The notes under the pieces are model-generated. The model was not told the DNA's origin, made no database searches, and was given only the letters and a program-made list of their open reading frames with translations. The position numbers and the translations under genes are program-made. Shown here in pieces: positions 1 to 10,438 of a stretch of DNA of 64,000 nt (position 1 is its first letter; each line of letters begins with the position of its first letter). Location: assembly GCA_963744995.1 (NCBI GenBank), contig CAVUWA010000010.1, forward strand, positions 608,001-672,000, in the 5' to 3' direction. The stretch comes from Candidatus Eiseniibacteriota bacterium (GTDB lineage: Bacteria > Eisenbacteria > RBG-16-71-46).

Positions 1-1129
1 CCAGCTCGTCCGCCGACACGGCGGCTGCGGCCGGATCCCCGGCCGCGAGCATGATCTCGACGTGCGCCGGCAGGAACTGCACCCGCGTGAGCCCTTCCGA
101 CGCCGTCTCGATCACGCGGCGGATCGACTGGGCCGCCGCCTCGGAGCGTCCCTGCGCGAGCCTGAGCAGCGCGAGTCCGGGCTGCGGATCGCGCCCCGCG
201 CGGCTTGCGTCGCGGTAGGCGGCCTCGGCGGCGTCGAACGCGCCCTGCAGGCGATGCAACTCGCCGAGCCGGTAGTACGCCGCACCGATCGTTTCGGGCT
301 CGGTTCCGGCCATGAGACTGCGCTCGGAGGCGCGGCGCGCCTCGTCGATGGCGCGCCCCCAGTCCCCATTCATCTCCATGACCTCGGCGCGGTGCACGAG
401 ACACGCGCCGGTGAACGTGACGAGCTGCGGCTGCGCCTCGCACCACTCCGAGAGCACCGCCGTCCACTCGCGCATCCGCCCGAGCGCGTAGACGCGGCGG
501 CACCAGTCGACCGCGGTGCAGCAGATCAGGCCGGTGATGATCGGTGACGTGGCCCCGCTGCCGACTTCGACCATCGCCTCGTCGAACAGGGCGATGCCGT
601 CGGCAACCCGGTTCTGGCGCAGGCGGATCACCCCCTGCATCGCCCGGGCGTAGCCGACGAGGTCGCGGTCGCCGAAGCGTTCGCCGATGGCGATCGCCTC
701 GGCGGCGATCGCCATTGCGCCTTCCGGATCGCCGCCGCCGAGCGTGCGATGGATCGCGGGCAGGAGGACGAAGCCGCGTTCGGCACAGTCCTCGCCGAGG
801 CGCTCGATGTGGCGCTCCGCCCGGCCGATCCAGCCCGCGGCGCGGCCGCTCTCGCCGCGGCCGAACAGACGGAACCCGTGCCAGAATGCGGCGTGCGCCG
901 CGCCGCGCTCGTCGCCGGCCTCGGCGCAGGCGGCGTGGAGCCGCTCCGTCGCCGCGAGCATCCCGTCGTCACGCCCGGTGAGCGCGGACGCCCAGGCGAG
1001 CCGTTCGAGGTCTTCGGGCGGCAGCGCGGAGACGCGATCGGCCTCCATGAGGAGCCGCCAGGCATCCTCCCAGCGGCGCGCCGCGTAGGCCTCGCGTGCG
1101 CGGGCGAGATCGTGGCCTGTCGCTGACAT
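1..1129 (-). CDS. LuxR-family helical/TPR-like transcriptional regulator, partial (C-terminus, where the HTH is expected, lies beyond the window edge)
   Basis: Manual translation from ATG at 1129: MSATGHDLARAREAYAARRWEDAW...AAFWHGFRL...GACLVHRAE...PQPGLALLRLAQG. The frame is open to the window edge and resembles the N-terminal region of a common LuxR-HTH regulator family. Confidence 0.75.
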   Translation of the reverse strand, partial: MSATGHDLARAREAYAARRWEDAWRLLMEADRVSALPPEDLERLAWASALTGRDDGMLAATERLHAACAEAGDERGAAHAAFWHGFRLFGRGESGRAAGWIGRAERHIERLGEDCAERGFVLLPAIHRTLGGGDPEGAMAIAAEAIAIGERFGDRDLVGYARAMQGVIRLRQNRVADGIALFDEAMVEVGSGATSPIITGLICCTAVDWCRRVYALGRMREWTAVLSEWCEAQPQLVTFTGACLVHRAEVMEMNGDWGRAIDEARRASERSLMAGTEPETIGAAYYRLGELHRLQGAFDAAEAAYRDASRAGRDPQPGLALLRLAQGRSEAAAQSIRRVIETASEGLTRVQFLPAHVEIMLAAGDPAAAAVSADEL

Positions 1130-1264
1130 GCCCGGCACTCTACCCCAGCGGGGCGGGAGTGCACGACCACCATGGCCGGTCGCGGCGCGGCTTTCCGTAG
1201 TTCACTCTGGCGGCGCTCCGCCCCCGCGCCGTACGCTTCGCGACAGCCTTGAACGGAGAAAGAC

Positions 1265-2269
1265 ATGCGCGCCTCGAGGTGGTTTCTGCTCGCCGCACTC
1301 CTGCTCCCCATGCCCGCCCGGGCGGACATCGTCACCGGACTGATCGGCTGGTGGCCGTTCACGGGCGATGCGCGGGATGCCAGCGGAAACGGCAACGACG
1401 GCACCCCGAACGCCACCGCGCAGCTCACCGCCGACCGCTTCGGGATGCCGAACCGCGCGTTTCACTTCAACGGACTCGACTCGCGGATCGACATCCCGTC
1501 TTCGCCCTCGCTCGAGTCCCCGACGACGGCGCTGACCATGGCGGCGTGGATCCGCCGCGACGGCTGGGGCATGGTCGGAACGCTGTACAACCCGATCCTC
1601 ACCAAGAGCATCTCGACCCCCAACGTGTTCCAGTACCGCTTCATCACCACCCAGACCGGCATGCAGACGGCCCTCAACAACTGGAACCTCGGCGTCGCGG
1701 CGCCGTTCAGCTTCGACGCGGACCGCTGGTACCACGTCGCCTCGTCGTGGGACGGCGACACCGTGCGTTCGTACGTGGACGGCGTGCAGGTGGGCGCCGG
1801 GCCGCTCGCGACGACGATCCTGCCCGATGCGAACGTTCTGAGCATCGGCTCCGACGTGCCGGGCGTGCTGGAGATCTTCTACGGTGACATCGACGAAGTG
1901 CGGCTCTACGCACGGGCGCTGGGCCCGGCCGACATCGCCGAGCTCGCCGGCCTCACGACCGCGGTGCCGCATCCGGACGCCGGCGCCGGCCCGCTCCGCC
2001 TCGCGCCGGCCCGCCCGAATCCGTTCAGACGGACGACGACGATCGAGTTCACCGTGTCGGCGGCGACCACGGCCAGCATCGAGATCCTGGACCCTGCCGG
2101 GCGCCTGATCCGCCGCCTGATGACCTCGGAGCCCGTGAGTGCGGGCGCCCATCGCGTGGTCTGGGACGGCCGCGACGCCACGGGTCGCGACGCCGGGCAG
2201 GGACTGCTGTTCTACCGTGTGCGCACGCCGCAGGCGGTGGGTCTCGGGCGGGTCGTGCACATCGACTGA
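1265..2269 (+). CDS. Secreted LamG-like jelly-roll protein with C-terminal FlgD-Ig-like domain
   Basis: Signal peptide; LamG-type motifs (WWPFTGDARDASGNGNDG, WYHV, FYGDIDEVRLYARAL); tail motif PNPF...I.D..GRLIRRL...VVWDGRD..G. Confidence 0.85.
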   Translation: MRASRWFLLAALLLPMPARADIVTGLIGWWPFTGDARDASGNGNDGTPNATAQLTADRFGMPNRAFHFNGLDSRIDIPSSPSLESPTTALTMAAWIRRDGWGMVGTLYNPILTKSISTPNVFQYRFITTQTGMQTALNNWNLGVAAPFSFDADRWYHVASSWDGDTVRSYVDGVQVGAGPLATTILPDANVLSIGSDVPGVLEIFYGDIDEVRLYARALGPADIAELAGLTTAVPHPDAGAGPLRLAPARPNPFRRTTTIEFTVSAATTASIEILDPAGRLIRRLMTSEPVSAGAHRVVWDGRDATGRDAGQGLLFYRVRTPQAVGLGRVVHID

Positions 2270-2278
2270 CGGGCGGGG

Positions 2279-2941
2279 TCAGCCCGCAGCCATCTCCTTC
2301 GGGCTGTGCATGCCCTGCTTCACCCCGAAACGGATGAGCAGCACGTTGACGGGATACGCGGCCACGAGCCCCAGCGACAGCGAAAACACCAGCGAGGCCC
2401 AGAACAGCGGCTCGCCGATCGTGGCGCGGCGCGCGAGCCACAGATCGGCGGCGATCGCGGTCAGCTCCATGACGGTGATGCTCGCGGTTTCGGAATAGAA
2501 GGCGTCGCGGAACGCATCGCGCCACGACTCGCCGTCCTGGATCAGGGGTCCGGCGGTGAGAACGAAGCCGGACACGTAGGCGAGCACGAACGTGATGACC
2601 CCGATCCAGGCGTTGCCGAGCCCCAGGATCCCGGCGGCGATGATCACCCCCGCCACCTCACCCGCGCCGCACCCCGAATAGCAGTGCGCCGTCGAACGTG
2701 CGCCCCTGCGCCACAGACTGTCATGGGCGATCTGCCTGCGGCCCGTCACCCAGTACATCCAGAGACCGAGCGGTCCCGAGTAGAGGACCGTGAAGACCCA
2801 GACGAGCTTCATCAGGCCCCGGATCTCCGGATTGCGCCTGGCCAGATCGTGGAACAGCAGTCCCAGGGAGGCCGCGACCAGCGCCCCCCACACCCAGAGG
2901 AAGTGCGGGCTCGTGAGGATCATGCGGGTGGCTTCGCGCAT
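2279..2941 (-). CDS. DUF4396-family membrane protein
   Basis: Several hydrophobic segments, HCYSGCGAGE motif, C-terminal AYPVNVLLIRFGVKQGM; start MREATRM at 2941. Confidence 0.75.
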   Translation of the reverse strand: MREATRMILTSPHFLWVWGALVAASLGLLFHDLARRNPEIRGLMKLVWVFTVLYSGPLGLWMYWVTGRRQIAHDSLWRRGARSTAHCYSGCGAGEVAGVIIAAGILGLGNAWIGVITFVLAYVSGFVLTAGPLIQDGESWRDAFRDAFYSETASITVMELTAIAADLWLARRATIGEPLFWASLVFSLSLGLVAAYPVNVLLIRFGVKQGMHSPKEMAAG

Positions 2942-3040
2942 CGGGGATCTCTCCGTTGTCGAATGCGACTTCGACCGACGGGCCTGCCCAACGTAACATC
3001 GCGCGGGCCGCCCCGCCGTGCCAGGAAAGGAGACCCTCCG

Positions 3041-3439
3041 ATGCCCGCCCGCCGCGCGCTCACCCTGCTGCCCGAACGCTTCGCGATCTGCCGCTTCGAT
3101 CCCGCCGCGCCGCTCCCCGCGTGGGTGCTGCACGCCGAGGCGACGACGTGGAGCATCACGCGCACGCCGCACGAACTGTCGGTCGTCTGCCCCGAGGACG
3201 ACCTGCCGCCGGCGGTGGAGCGCGCCGAGCGCGGCTGGCGCGCGTTCGCGGTCGAGGGGCCGATTCCGTTCGACGAGACGGGCGTCATTGCCGGGCTCAC
3301 GGCGCTGCTGGCCGCAGCGGGCCTCCCGGTGTTCGTGATCTCGACCTGGGACACCGATCTCGTGCTGGTGCGCGCGACCGGACTCGAGCGGGCCCGGAAG
3401 GCGCTGGCCGGGACGCACGACCTGCGCGCGCCGGCCTGA
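3041..3439 (+). CDS. ACT-domain protein (CASTOR/ACT_7-like)
   Basis: SITRTPHELSVVC...GPIPFDETGVIA...VFVISTWDTDLVLV; AGGAG RBS upstream. Confidence 0.85.
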   Translation: MPARRALTLLPERFAICRFDPAAPLPAWVLHAEATTWSITRTPHELSVVCPEDDLPPAVERAERGWRAFAVEGPIPFDETGVIAGLTALLAAAGLPVFVISTWDTDLVLVRATGLERARKALAGTHDLRAPA

Positions 3440-3776
3440 ACGCCGCGCGGGGGCGCCGGCGGTGCTCCCCGCGGCGTTGCCGCGGACGGCAGACAGCCGG
3501 ACACAGGGGCTCCGGAAGTCCGCGTCGCGGCCCGCCGGAGCTGACAAGACGGGCCGCTCCATGACAGACTGGCGGCGGACGCCGGTCCGGCCCCGCCGCG
3601 ATCGCCCGCCGAACGGCGCAACCGCCTGTCTTTCAGGAGGCTCGAAATGTGCGCGAAGCGGGTACGCGTCTTGCCCCGTTAGCGTCTACTTACAATCACC
3701 CGCGCCGGGTCCGGTCATGGCGAATGCCGCGATGGCCGGCCCCGTTCCGCAGACAGAGTCGCAAGGAAGGTGATTT

Positions 3777-5081
3777 ATGCCCGGCGATACGATGCAGAAG
3801 ACCCAGCAGACCGCGACGATTCAATGCGACGGCAAGACCCTCGAGCTCCCGGTGGTCGTGGGCAGCGAAGGTGAAATCGGTATCGACATCGAGAAGCTGC
3901 GCGCCTCGACCGGAATGATCACGCTCGATCCCGGCTACGGGAACACCGGTTCGTGCCAGAGCTCGATCACGTTCATCGACGGCGAGAAGGGCATCCTGCG
4001 CTACCGCGGCTACCCGATCGAAGAACTCGCCACCAAGAGCACGTTCCTCGAAGTCGCCTGGCTGCTGCTGCACGGCGAACTGCCGAAGCGCGCCGAACTC
4101 GAAGGCTTCGAGAAGGAAGTCACGTATCACACGATGCTCCATGAGAACTTCCGCCGGTTCTTCGACGCGCTGCCGATGGACGCGCACCCGATGCCGGTCT
4201 GTGCCGCCGCCGTGGGCGCGCTCGCGACCTTCTACCAGGAACCGGAGAGCGAGCAGGCGATTCACGACACGATCATCCGCCTGATCGCGAAGATGCCGAC
4301 GCTGGTGGCGTTCTCGTACAAGCACTCGATGGGGCATCCGATGGTGCAGCCCCTCAACCGGCTCGACTATGCGTCGAACTTCATGCACATGATGTTCGCG
4401 ACGCCGAGCGAAGCCTATGAAGCCGACGAGACGCTGGCGCGAACCATCGACCTGCTGCTCATTCTGCACGCCGATCACGAGCAGAACTGCTCGACGAGCA
4501 CGGTGCGCATGGTCGGCAGTTCCCAGGCGAATCTGTACGCGAGCATCTCCGCCGGCATCAGCGCGCTCTGGGGCCCGCTGCACGGCGGCGCGAACCAGAA
4601 GGTCATCGAGATGCTCAAGACCATCGCGAGCGAAGGCGGCGGCGCCGAGCGTTTCCTCGAGCGCGCCAAGGACAAGAACGACACGCGCCGGCTGATGGGG
4701 TTCGGGCATCGCGTCTACAAGAGCTACGATCCGCGCGCCTCGATCCTCAAAAAGGCGTGCGAGGACGTGCTCGCGCGGGTGCGGAAGTCGAGCGAGCTGC
4801 TGGACATCGCGATGAAACTCGAGGAGATCGCGCTCAAGGACGAGTACTTCGTGAGCCGCAAGCTCTATCCGAACGTCGACTTCTACAGCGGCGTGATCTA
4901 CCAGGCGCTCGACATTCCGGTGAACATGTTCACGGCGATGTTCGCCATGGGACGCCTGCCGGGCTGGATCGCCCAGTGGCTCGAGATGCGTCACGATCCG
5001 TCGTTCCGCATTTCCCGCCCCCGCCAGATCTACACCGGACCGACGCAGCGCCCGTACGTGGCGATCGAGAAGCGCGGCTGA
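3777..5081 (+). CDS. gltA: Citrate synthase
   Basis: HADHEQNCST, LWGPLHGGAN, LMGFGHRVYK and YPNVDFYSG motifs. Confidence 0.97.
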   Translation: MPGDTMQKTQQTATIQCDGKTLELPVVVGSEGEIGIDIEKLRASTGMITLDPGYGNTGSCQSSITFIDGEKGILRYRGYPIEELATKSTFLEVAWLLLHGELPKRAELEGFEKEVTYHTMLHENFRRFFDALPMDAHPMPVCAAAVGALATFYQEPESEQAIHDTIIRLIAKMPTLVAFSYKHSMGHPMVQPLNRLDYASNFMHMMFATPSEAYEADETLARTIDLLLILHADHEQNCSTSTVRMVGSSQANLYASISAGISALWGPLHGGANQKVIEMLKTIASEGGGAERFLERAKDKNDTRRLMGFGHRVYKSYDPRASILKKACEDVLARVRKSSELLDIAMKLEEIALKDEYFVSRKLYPNVDFYSGVIYQALDIPVNMFTAMFAMGRLPGWIAQWLEMRHDPSFRISRPRQIYTGPTQRPYVAIEKRG

Positions 5082-5087
5082 GGAAGG

Positions 5088-5120
5088 CCGCCGGGCGCGG
5101 CGACGCGCGCCGGCGTTTTC
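5088..5120 (+). terminator. Probable intrinsic terminator after gltA
   Basis: GC-rich hairpin CGCCGG-GCGCG...CGCGC-GCCGGCG followed by TTTT. Confidence 0.5.
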
Positions 5121-5234
5121 CGGGGGGCGGTTGCAGCGCCCTCCGATAGCGAGGGGCCGCGGTCACGCGCCGTGCGCGTGCGCCGCGGCCCTTTCGCCGT
5201 TTGCGGGGGCACGGCCGTTCACCGGGAGTGAGCC

Positions 5235-5696
5235 ATGAAGATCTGGATCGACGCGGATGCCATGCCGCGCGAGGTCCGCGACGTCGTGTTCCGCACCGCC
5301 GCGCGGCTCGAGCTGCAGGCGATCCTGGTCGCCAACCGCGCCCTGCACACTCCGCCCGGCCTCCCGCACGTCTCGAGCGTCGTGGTCGAGGGCGGCGCCG
5401 ACGTCGCAGACCGCTACATCGCGGAGCACGCGGCCCCTGCGGACGTCGCGATCACGGCCGACGTGCCGCTCGCCTCGATCCTGGTGGGGCGCGGACTCGC
5501 GGTCATCGACCCGCGTGGCCGCGAGTACACGCCCGACAACGTCGGCGAGATCCTCGCGACCCGCGACCTGATGGACGGCCTGCGTGGCGCCGGCCAGGTG
5601 ACCGGCGGTCCTGCCGCGTATCAGCCGCGCGACCGGACCGCGTTCGCGAACGCGCTCGACCGGGTGCTCACGCGGCGCGCGCGCGGCTGGCGCTAG
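5235..5696 (+). CDS. YaiI/YqxD (UPF0178) family protein
   Basis: MKIWIDADAMP, ITADVPLA, R.LMD.LRG.G..TGGP motifs. Confidence 0.92.
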   Translation: MKIWIDADAMPREVRDVVFRTAARLELQAILVANRALHTPPGLPHVSSVVVEGGADVADRYIAEHAAPADVAITADVPLASILVGRGLAVIDPRGREYTPDNVGEILATRDLMDGLRGAGQVTGGPAAYQPRDRTAFANALDRVLTRRARGWR

Positions 5697-5737
5697 GCGG
5701 GCATCGGGGTCCTGACCGGGCGGGGCGCGGCGCCGCC

Positions 5738-6925
5738 TCAGGGCTTGCGCACGATCCCGAACCAGCCGAGCACCCTGCCGGCGACGCGCCGGCGGAGCTG
5801 CACGGGCCAGCTCATGTCGATGCGGCTGCGCCGCACGAGTCTGCGCACCGATCGTGCGAGATCGGGCGCCAGATCACCGGCCCCCAGCATCTCCTCGAGC
5901 GTGTGGTAGCGGTCGGGGGTGCGGCGCAGCGCGTCCACGCGTGCGATCAGGTCGCGCGTGTCGCCGAAGACCCGCGAGTGCCGGAGCTGCCCGCTCTCTT
6001 CCAGCATCAGCATCGCGAGGATGCACTTCGCACAGCTTCCGCAGTTGCCGAGCGGCGTCCGTCTGGTGTTGCAGACGCGCAGGTGGTCGCGCAGCAGCGG
6101 CTCTGCCGCAATGGCGCGCATGCGCTCCAGGCGCGTTCCGGGAGGCCCGGAGGCGATCGTCATCCGCGAGCTCGACCACAACGGGTCGAGGCGCGGATGG
6201 GTGCCGCACGGAACGTTCCGGTCGCCCGGCAGGCTCTGGGCGAAGAGCGCCCGGCCGGCGATGCCGTGGATGACGTGCGCGACCGCCGCCATCGCGCTGC
6301 CGTGCGTGAAATCCCACGACACCGTCCTGAGCCGCGCATGCGTCTTCGCGTTGGTGCGCACGAACACCGCGCGCGCCCCCATCTGCCCGGCGACGGCGCG
6401 CAGCGACGCTTCCGCGGCCGCCGCGCGGGCCGTGTCGTCGAGATCGAAGTCGAAGCCCTGCGCCATCACCAGCACGTCCACGTGCTCGGGCCCGCGGAGG
6501 AGCGCGTGGAACGAATCCACGCCGCCGCTGAAGAACAGTGCCGTCCCCCCGGCGGCGGTCACGGGAACAGGCCGCCGCGGCGCGCCCGAGCCCTCCGCTC
6601 GCTGCGGATCGGGCGCCGGCGCTGCGGCGTCACAGCGCCACCACTCGCGGAACAGCGCGAGCGCGCGCCCGGCGTTCGCGCGCCAGGCGGGATCGAGCGG
6701 CGCCGCGACGCGCAGCGCGCGGCCGCCCGCCGCGGCCGGCAGCAGCGCCGCCGATGCGAAGGCCTCGGGCGCCGAATCCAGCTCGACGTCTCGCGTGGCG
6801 AACCAGAGCCGCTCACCGTCCAGCTCGGCCGACGCGATCCATTCGTCGCCGTCACGATCGACGCGCAGGTCGGCGATCACGAAGTCACTGCCGTCCGTGC
6901 GCCGTCTGACGAAAGGCCGCATCAC
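5738..6925 (-). CDS. Uncharacterised PP-loop (adenine nucleotide alpha-hydrolase-like) protein
   Basis: FFSGGVDS PP-loop; distal LRVC...NCGSCAKC cysteine cluster. Confidence 0.65.
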   Translation of the reverse strand: MMRPFVRRRTDGSDFVIADLRVDRDGDEWIASAELDGERLWFATRDVELDSAPEAFASAALLPAAAGGRALRVAAPLDPAWRANAGRALALFREWWRCDAAAPAPDPQRAEGSGAPRRPVPVTAAGGTALFFSGGVDSFHALLRGPEHVDVLVMAQGFDFDLDDTARAAAAEASLRAVAGQMGARAVFVRTNAKTHARLRTVSWDFTHGSAMAAVAHVIHGIAGRALFAQSLPGDRNVPCGTHPRLDPLWSSSRMTIASGPPGTRLERMRAIAAEPLLRDHLRVCNTRRTPLGNCGSCAKCILAMLMLEESGQLRHSRVFGDTRDLIARVDALRRTPDRYHTLEEMLGAGDLAPDLARSVRRLVRRSRIDMSWPVQLRRRVAGRVLGWFGIVRKP

Positions 6926-7211
6926 GAAGCTCCCTTCCGGCCCTGCGCGCGCACGAGGCCCCTCTGCAGTCGCTCTGGACGTGTCGCCCCTCGGTCGCGG
7001 CCGGCCGGGCGAACCGCCGCGGGAGGATGCAGACTAGAAAGCGGGCCGGGGAGAGGCAAGGGAAACCCGTGGGTGCGCGGCGCCCCGCCGCCGCGGCGCG
7101 TGCCGGCGCGGCTTGCGTCACGCGTCGCGATCGGCTACCACGCCGGGGTACCGGCGCCGCGCCATCGCGCCCCGGCGCCACCGGACCACCCCCGCACGAA
7201 GGAGCCGGACC

Positions 7212-8162
7212 ATGAAGAGCGCCGCGTTGTTCACGCTCCTGATCCCGTCGCTGCTGGGCCTCGCCGGATGTTCGGGCGGCGGAGACGCCTCCACCTCACC
7301 GCCGTCCGAACCCGGCGTGGTGCACGTCATCGCGCGGGGCCTGACCTTCGAGGCCCCCGCGCGAATCCCTTCCGGCTGGGTCACGTTCCGCTTCGACAAC
7401 GAGGCGCCCATGACCCATCTTGCCGTCCTCGAGCACGTCCCCGACGGCATCGGCATCGCCGAGCACCAGGCCGAGGTCGCGCCGGTGTTCCAGAACGGTA
7501 TGGACTTCATCGCCGCGGGCAAGCCCGATTCGGCCATGGCCGCGTTCGGCACGCTGCCCGCGTGGTTCCACGAGACCGTGTTCACCGGCGGCCTCGGGCT
7601 CACCGCGCCCGGACACATGAGTGAAGCGACGGTCCACCTCGAGCCCGGCACGTACCTTCTCGAGTGCTACGTGAAGACCGCGGGCGTCTTCCACTCCTAC
7701 AATCCGGACCCGGCGACCGACGGCATGGTGCACCTGTTCACCGTCACCGATTCCACGTCGGGCCGCGAAGCGCCGCAGCCGACCATGCAGCTCACGATTT
7801 CGGGCGAGGACGGATTCGCGTTCGAGGGCGAGCCGCTGGCGGGCGACAACGTGATCGCCGTGCACTTCGCCGATCAGAAGCTGCACGAGAACTTCGTCGG
7901 CCACGACGTGCACCTCGCGAAGCTGGCCGAAGACGCCGACCTCGATGCCCTCGCGGCGTGGATGGACTGGTCGCATCCGGGCGGCCTCGAGACTCCGGCG
8001 CCGGCCGAATTCCTCGGCGGACTCCAGGAGATGCCCGCCGGCTCCACCGGCTACTTCAAGGTCACCCTCACGCCCGGGCGCTACGCCTGGATCGCCGAGG
8101 TGACCCACCCGCAGACGAAGGGCATGCTCAGGACGTTCACCGTTCCGGGCGAAACCAGCTGA
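7212..8162 (+). CDS. Lipoprotein with two cupredoxin-like repeats
   Basis: Lipobox LAGC; two repeats ending PGTYLLECY...H...GMV and PGRYAWIAE..H...GML; GGAG RBS. Confidence 0.6.
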   Translation: MKSAALFTLLIPSLLGLAGCSGGGDASTSPPSEPGVVHVIARGLTFEAPARIPSGWVTFRFDNEAPMTHLAVLEHVPDGIGIAEHQAEVAPVFQNGMDFIAAGKPDSAMAAFGTLPAWFHETVFTGGLGLTAPGHMSEATVHLEPGTYLLECYVKTAGVFHSYNPDPATDGMVHLFTVTDSTSGREAPQPTMQLTISGEDGFAFEGEPLAGDNVIAVHFADQKLHENFVGHDVHLAKLAEDADLDALAAWMDWSHPGGLETPAPAEFLGGLQEMPAGSTGYFKVTLTPGRYAWIAEVTHPQTKGMLRTFTVPGETS

Positions 8163-8221
8163 TTCCGCGGCGGCGGCGGGCCCGGGCGCGCGCCGGCCCG
8201 CCACTGCCGTGCCGGATCCAT

Positions 8222-8272
8222 AAATGACCCCCGGGTAATTTAATTTGAATCCTGATGACTGACGGGTCATCA
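8222..8272. promoter_or_regulatory. Two related palindromes, probable TetR operators
   Basis: AAATGACCCCCGGGTAATTT and TGATGAC-N6-GTCATCA in an AT-rich patch immediately upstream of the TetR gene. Confidence 0.6.
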
Positions 8273-8280
8273 AAGCGGCC

Positions 8281-8988
8281 GTGTGCGCCCGAACGAACGC
8301 CAGACGCGCCGCCGGCCCCAGGTCCGGCCGCAGACCGCCCGCCGCGGCCGAGCCGCGCTGGCACCGGCGTCCCGAGGAGCGCCCGGTCGAAATCCTCGCT
8401 GCGGCCCGCGACCTGTTCGTCGAGAAGGGCTTCGCCGCGACGCGGCTCGAGGAGGTCGCGCAGCGCGCCGGCGTGTCGAAGGGCACGCTCTACCTCTATT
8501 TCGAGAACAAGGAAGCCCTGTTCAAGGCGATGGTGCGCGAGAACATCGTCTCGGTGCTCGAGCGCGGCGAGCAGCGCGCGCAGAGCTTCCGGGGCCCTTC
8601 GCGCGATCTGCTCGAAGAGCTGCTGCGCGGCTGGTGGGCGGCCCTGCACGAATCGCAGCTGACCGGTCTGCCCCGGCTGATCTTCAGCGAGGCCTCGCAG
8701 TTTCCCGACCTGGCCCGCTTCTACTTCGACGAAGTCGTCGCGCGCGGGCGGCGCCTGTTCGCCGGCGTGCTCACCCGCGGCATCGAACGCGGCGAGTTCC
8801 GCGAGATGGACGTGGACTATACGGTGCGCGTCCTGCAGGCGCCGATCGTGATGGCGTTGATCTGGAAGCACTCCATGGTCAAGTGCCGGATCGATCCGCT
8901 CGACTTCGATCGCCACCTCGACGCGATGATCGACACCCTGCTGAACGGCGTCGTCCGCCCCACCGTGGAGCCACCGCCCCATGCATGA
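8281..8988 (+). CDS. TetR/AcrR family transcriptional regulator
   Basis: HTH ILAAARDLFVEKGFAATRLEEVAQRAGVSKGTLYLYFENKEALF. Confidence 0.95.
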   Translation: MCARTNARRAAGPRSGRRPPAAAEPRWHRRPEERPVEILAAARDLFVEKGFAATRLEEVAQRAGVSKGTLYLYFENKEALFKAMVRENIVSVLERGEQRAQSFRGPSRDLLEELLRGWWAALHESQLTGLPRLIFSEASQFPDLARFYFDEVVARGRRLFAGVLTRGIERGEFREMDVDYTVRVLQAPIVMALIWKHSMVKCRIDPLDFDRHLDAMIDTLLNGVVRPTVEPPPHA

Positions 8989-10333
8989 TCGACTCGTCCC
9001 CGTGATGCTGCTCGTCGCGTCGCTCGGCGCGGCCGGGTCCACCGTGGCGGCGCGCGCCGCAGGCGCTCCGCCCGGACCGCAGGTGCTCACGCTCGCCCAG
9101 GCGATCGCCGCCGCGACGGGCGGCACGCCCGCGGTCCAGATCGCCGGCCTGCGCGCCGAGGGCGCCCGGGCCCGGGTCGCCGTGGCGCGCGGCGCCCTGC
9201 TGCCGTCGCTGAGCGGCGTCGCCTCGCAGACGAACCGTACGCTCAACAGCCGGACCTTCGGTTTCGAGGGCGGCGGCCTCGACTTCGCCTTCCCCGAGAA
9301 GCTCGGCCCGTTCGACGTGGTGGACGCGCGCTTCGAGGCACACCAGACGCTGTTCGACGCCTCGAGCTGGGTGCGGTTGCGCGCCGCGCACGAAGGGCTG
9401 GACGCGCTCGAAGCCGATCGCGGCACGAGCGTCGAACGCGCGGCGGAGAGCGCCGCATACGCGTACCTGCAGGCGGCGCGTGCCGAGGCGCTCGTCGCTG
9501 CGCGCAGCGCCGATCTCGACCTGGCCCGGGCACTCGTCGAGATCGCCGACGCCCAGGTGCAGCAGGGCGTCAGCGCGCCCATCGACGGAACCCGGGCCCG
9601 CACGCAGATGGCGGCGACCGAAGGCGCATTGATCGTCGCACGCAACCGCCGCGACCGGGCGGGGATCGCGCTCGTGCGCGCCCTCGGCCTCGACCCGGCG
9701 GCGGCCGTGGTGGTCCGCGACACGCTGGACGCTTCCGGAATCGCTTCCGACGCGCCGGCCGACTCCGCTCAGGCGGTGGCGCTCGCGCTCAGCCGCCGGC
9801 CCGAGCTCGTGGCCGAGCAGGCCCGCGGGCGCAAGGCGCGCGCCGAGCGCACGGCGATCTCCGCCGAACGACTGCCGCGCCTCGAGGTCAGCGCCGACTA
9901 CGGCTTGAGCGGCAATCACTTCTCCGACGCGATCGAGACCCGCGGCGTCGCCGTCGCGCTGACGCTGCCGCTGCTCGACGGCCTGCGCCGGGAAGCGCGC
10001 ATCCACGAACAGGCCGCCGTGGCGAGCGAGTCCGAGGTGCGCCTGCGTGATCTGCGCATGCAGGTCGTGGCCGACGTGCGGTCAGCGCTGCTCGACCTCG
10101 CGAGCGCCACGGAGCAGTTGCGCATCGCCGCGCGCCGGCTCGACCTGGCCGATGCCGAAGTGAATCAGGCCCGCGAGCGCTTCGAGCAGGGCGTCGCAGG
10201 GAACATCGAAGTGATCGACGCACAGACCTCGCTGATCCGCGCCCGCGACGCCGACATCGACGCGCGCTACGCCGCCGCTGCGTCGCGCGTCGCGCTGGCG
10301 CGCGCGATCGGCGTCACCACGACCCTGCACTGA
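8981..10333 (+). CDS. TolC-family outer membrane efflux protein
   Basis: Signal peptide, two OEP-like helical repeats, operon context. Confidence 0.9.
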   Translation: MHDRLVPVMLLVASLGAAGSTVAARAAGAPPGPQVLTLAQAIAAATGGTPAVQIAGLRAEGARARVAVARGALLPSLSGVASQTNRTLNSRTFGFEGGGLDFAFPEKLGPFDVVDARFEAHQTLFDASSWVRLRAAHEGLDALEADRGTSVERAAESAAYAYLQAARAEALVAARSADLDLARALVEIADAQVQQGVSAPIDGTRARTQMAATEGALIVARNRRDRAGIALVRALGLDPAAAVVVRDTLDASGIASDAPADSAQAVALALSRRPELVAEQARGRKARAERTAISAERLPRLEVSADYGLSGNHFSDAIETRGVAVALTLPLLDGLRREARIHEQAAVASESEVRLRDLRMQVVADVRSALLDLASATEQLRIAARRLDLADAEVNQARERFEQGVAGNIEVIDAQTSLIRARDADIDARYAAAASRVALARAIGVTTTLH

Positions 10334-10438
10334 GGTTCGACCCATTTCTCCGAGGGACGACATGACGACGACCGAAGCTCCCGAGGTTTCCCCCCCGCCC
10401 ACGATCACGGCGGACGCCAGGGCGCGTCCGGCCGTGCG

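Noticed and set aside
5201..7624. 807-aa ORF and similar long Arg/Ala/Pro-rich ORFs
   Set aside because: High-GC shadow frames overlapping well-supported genes
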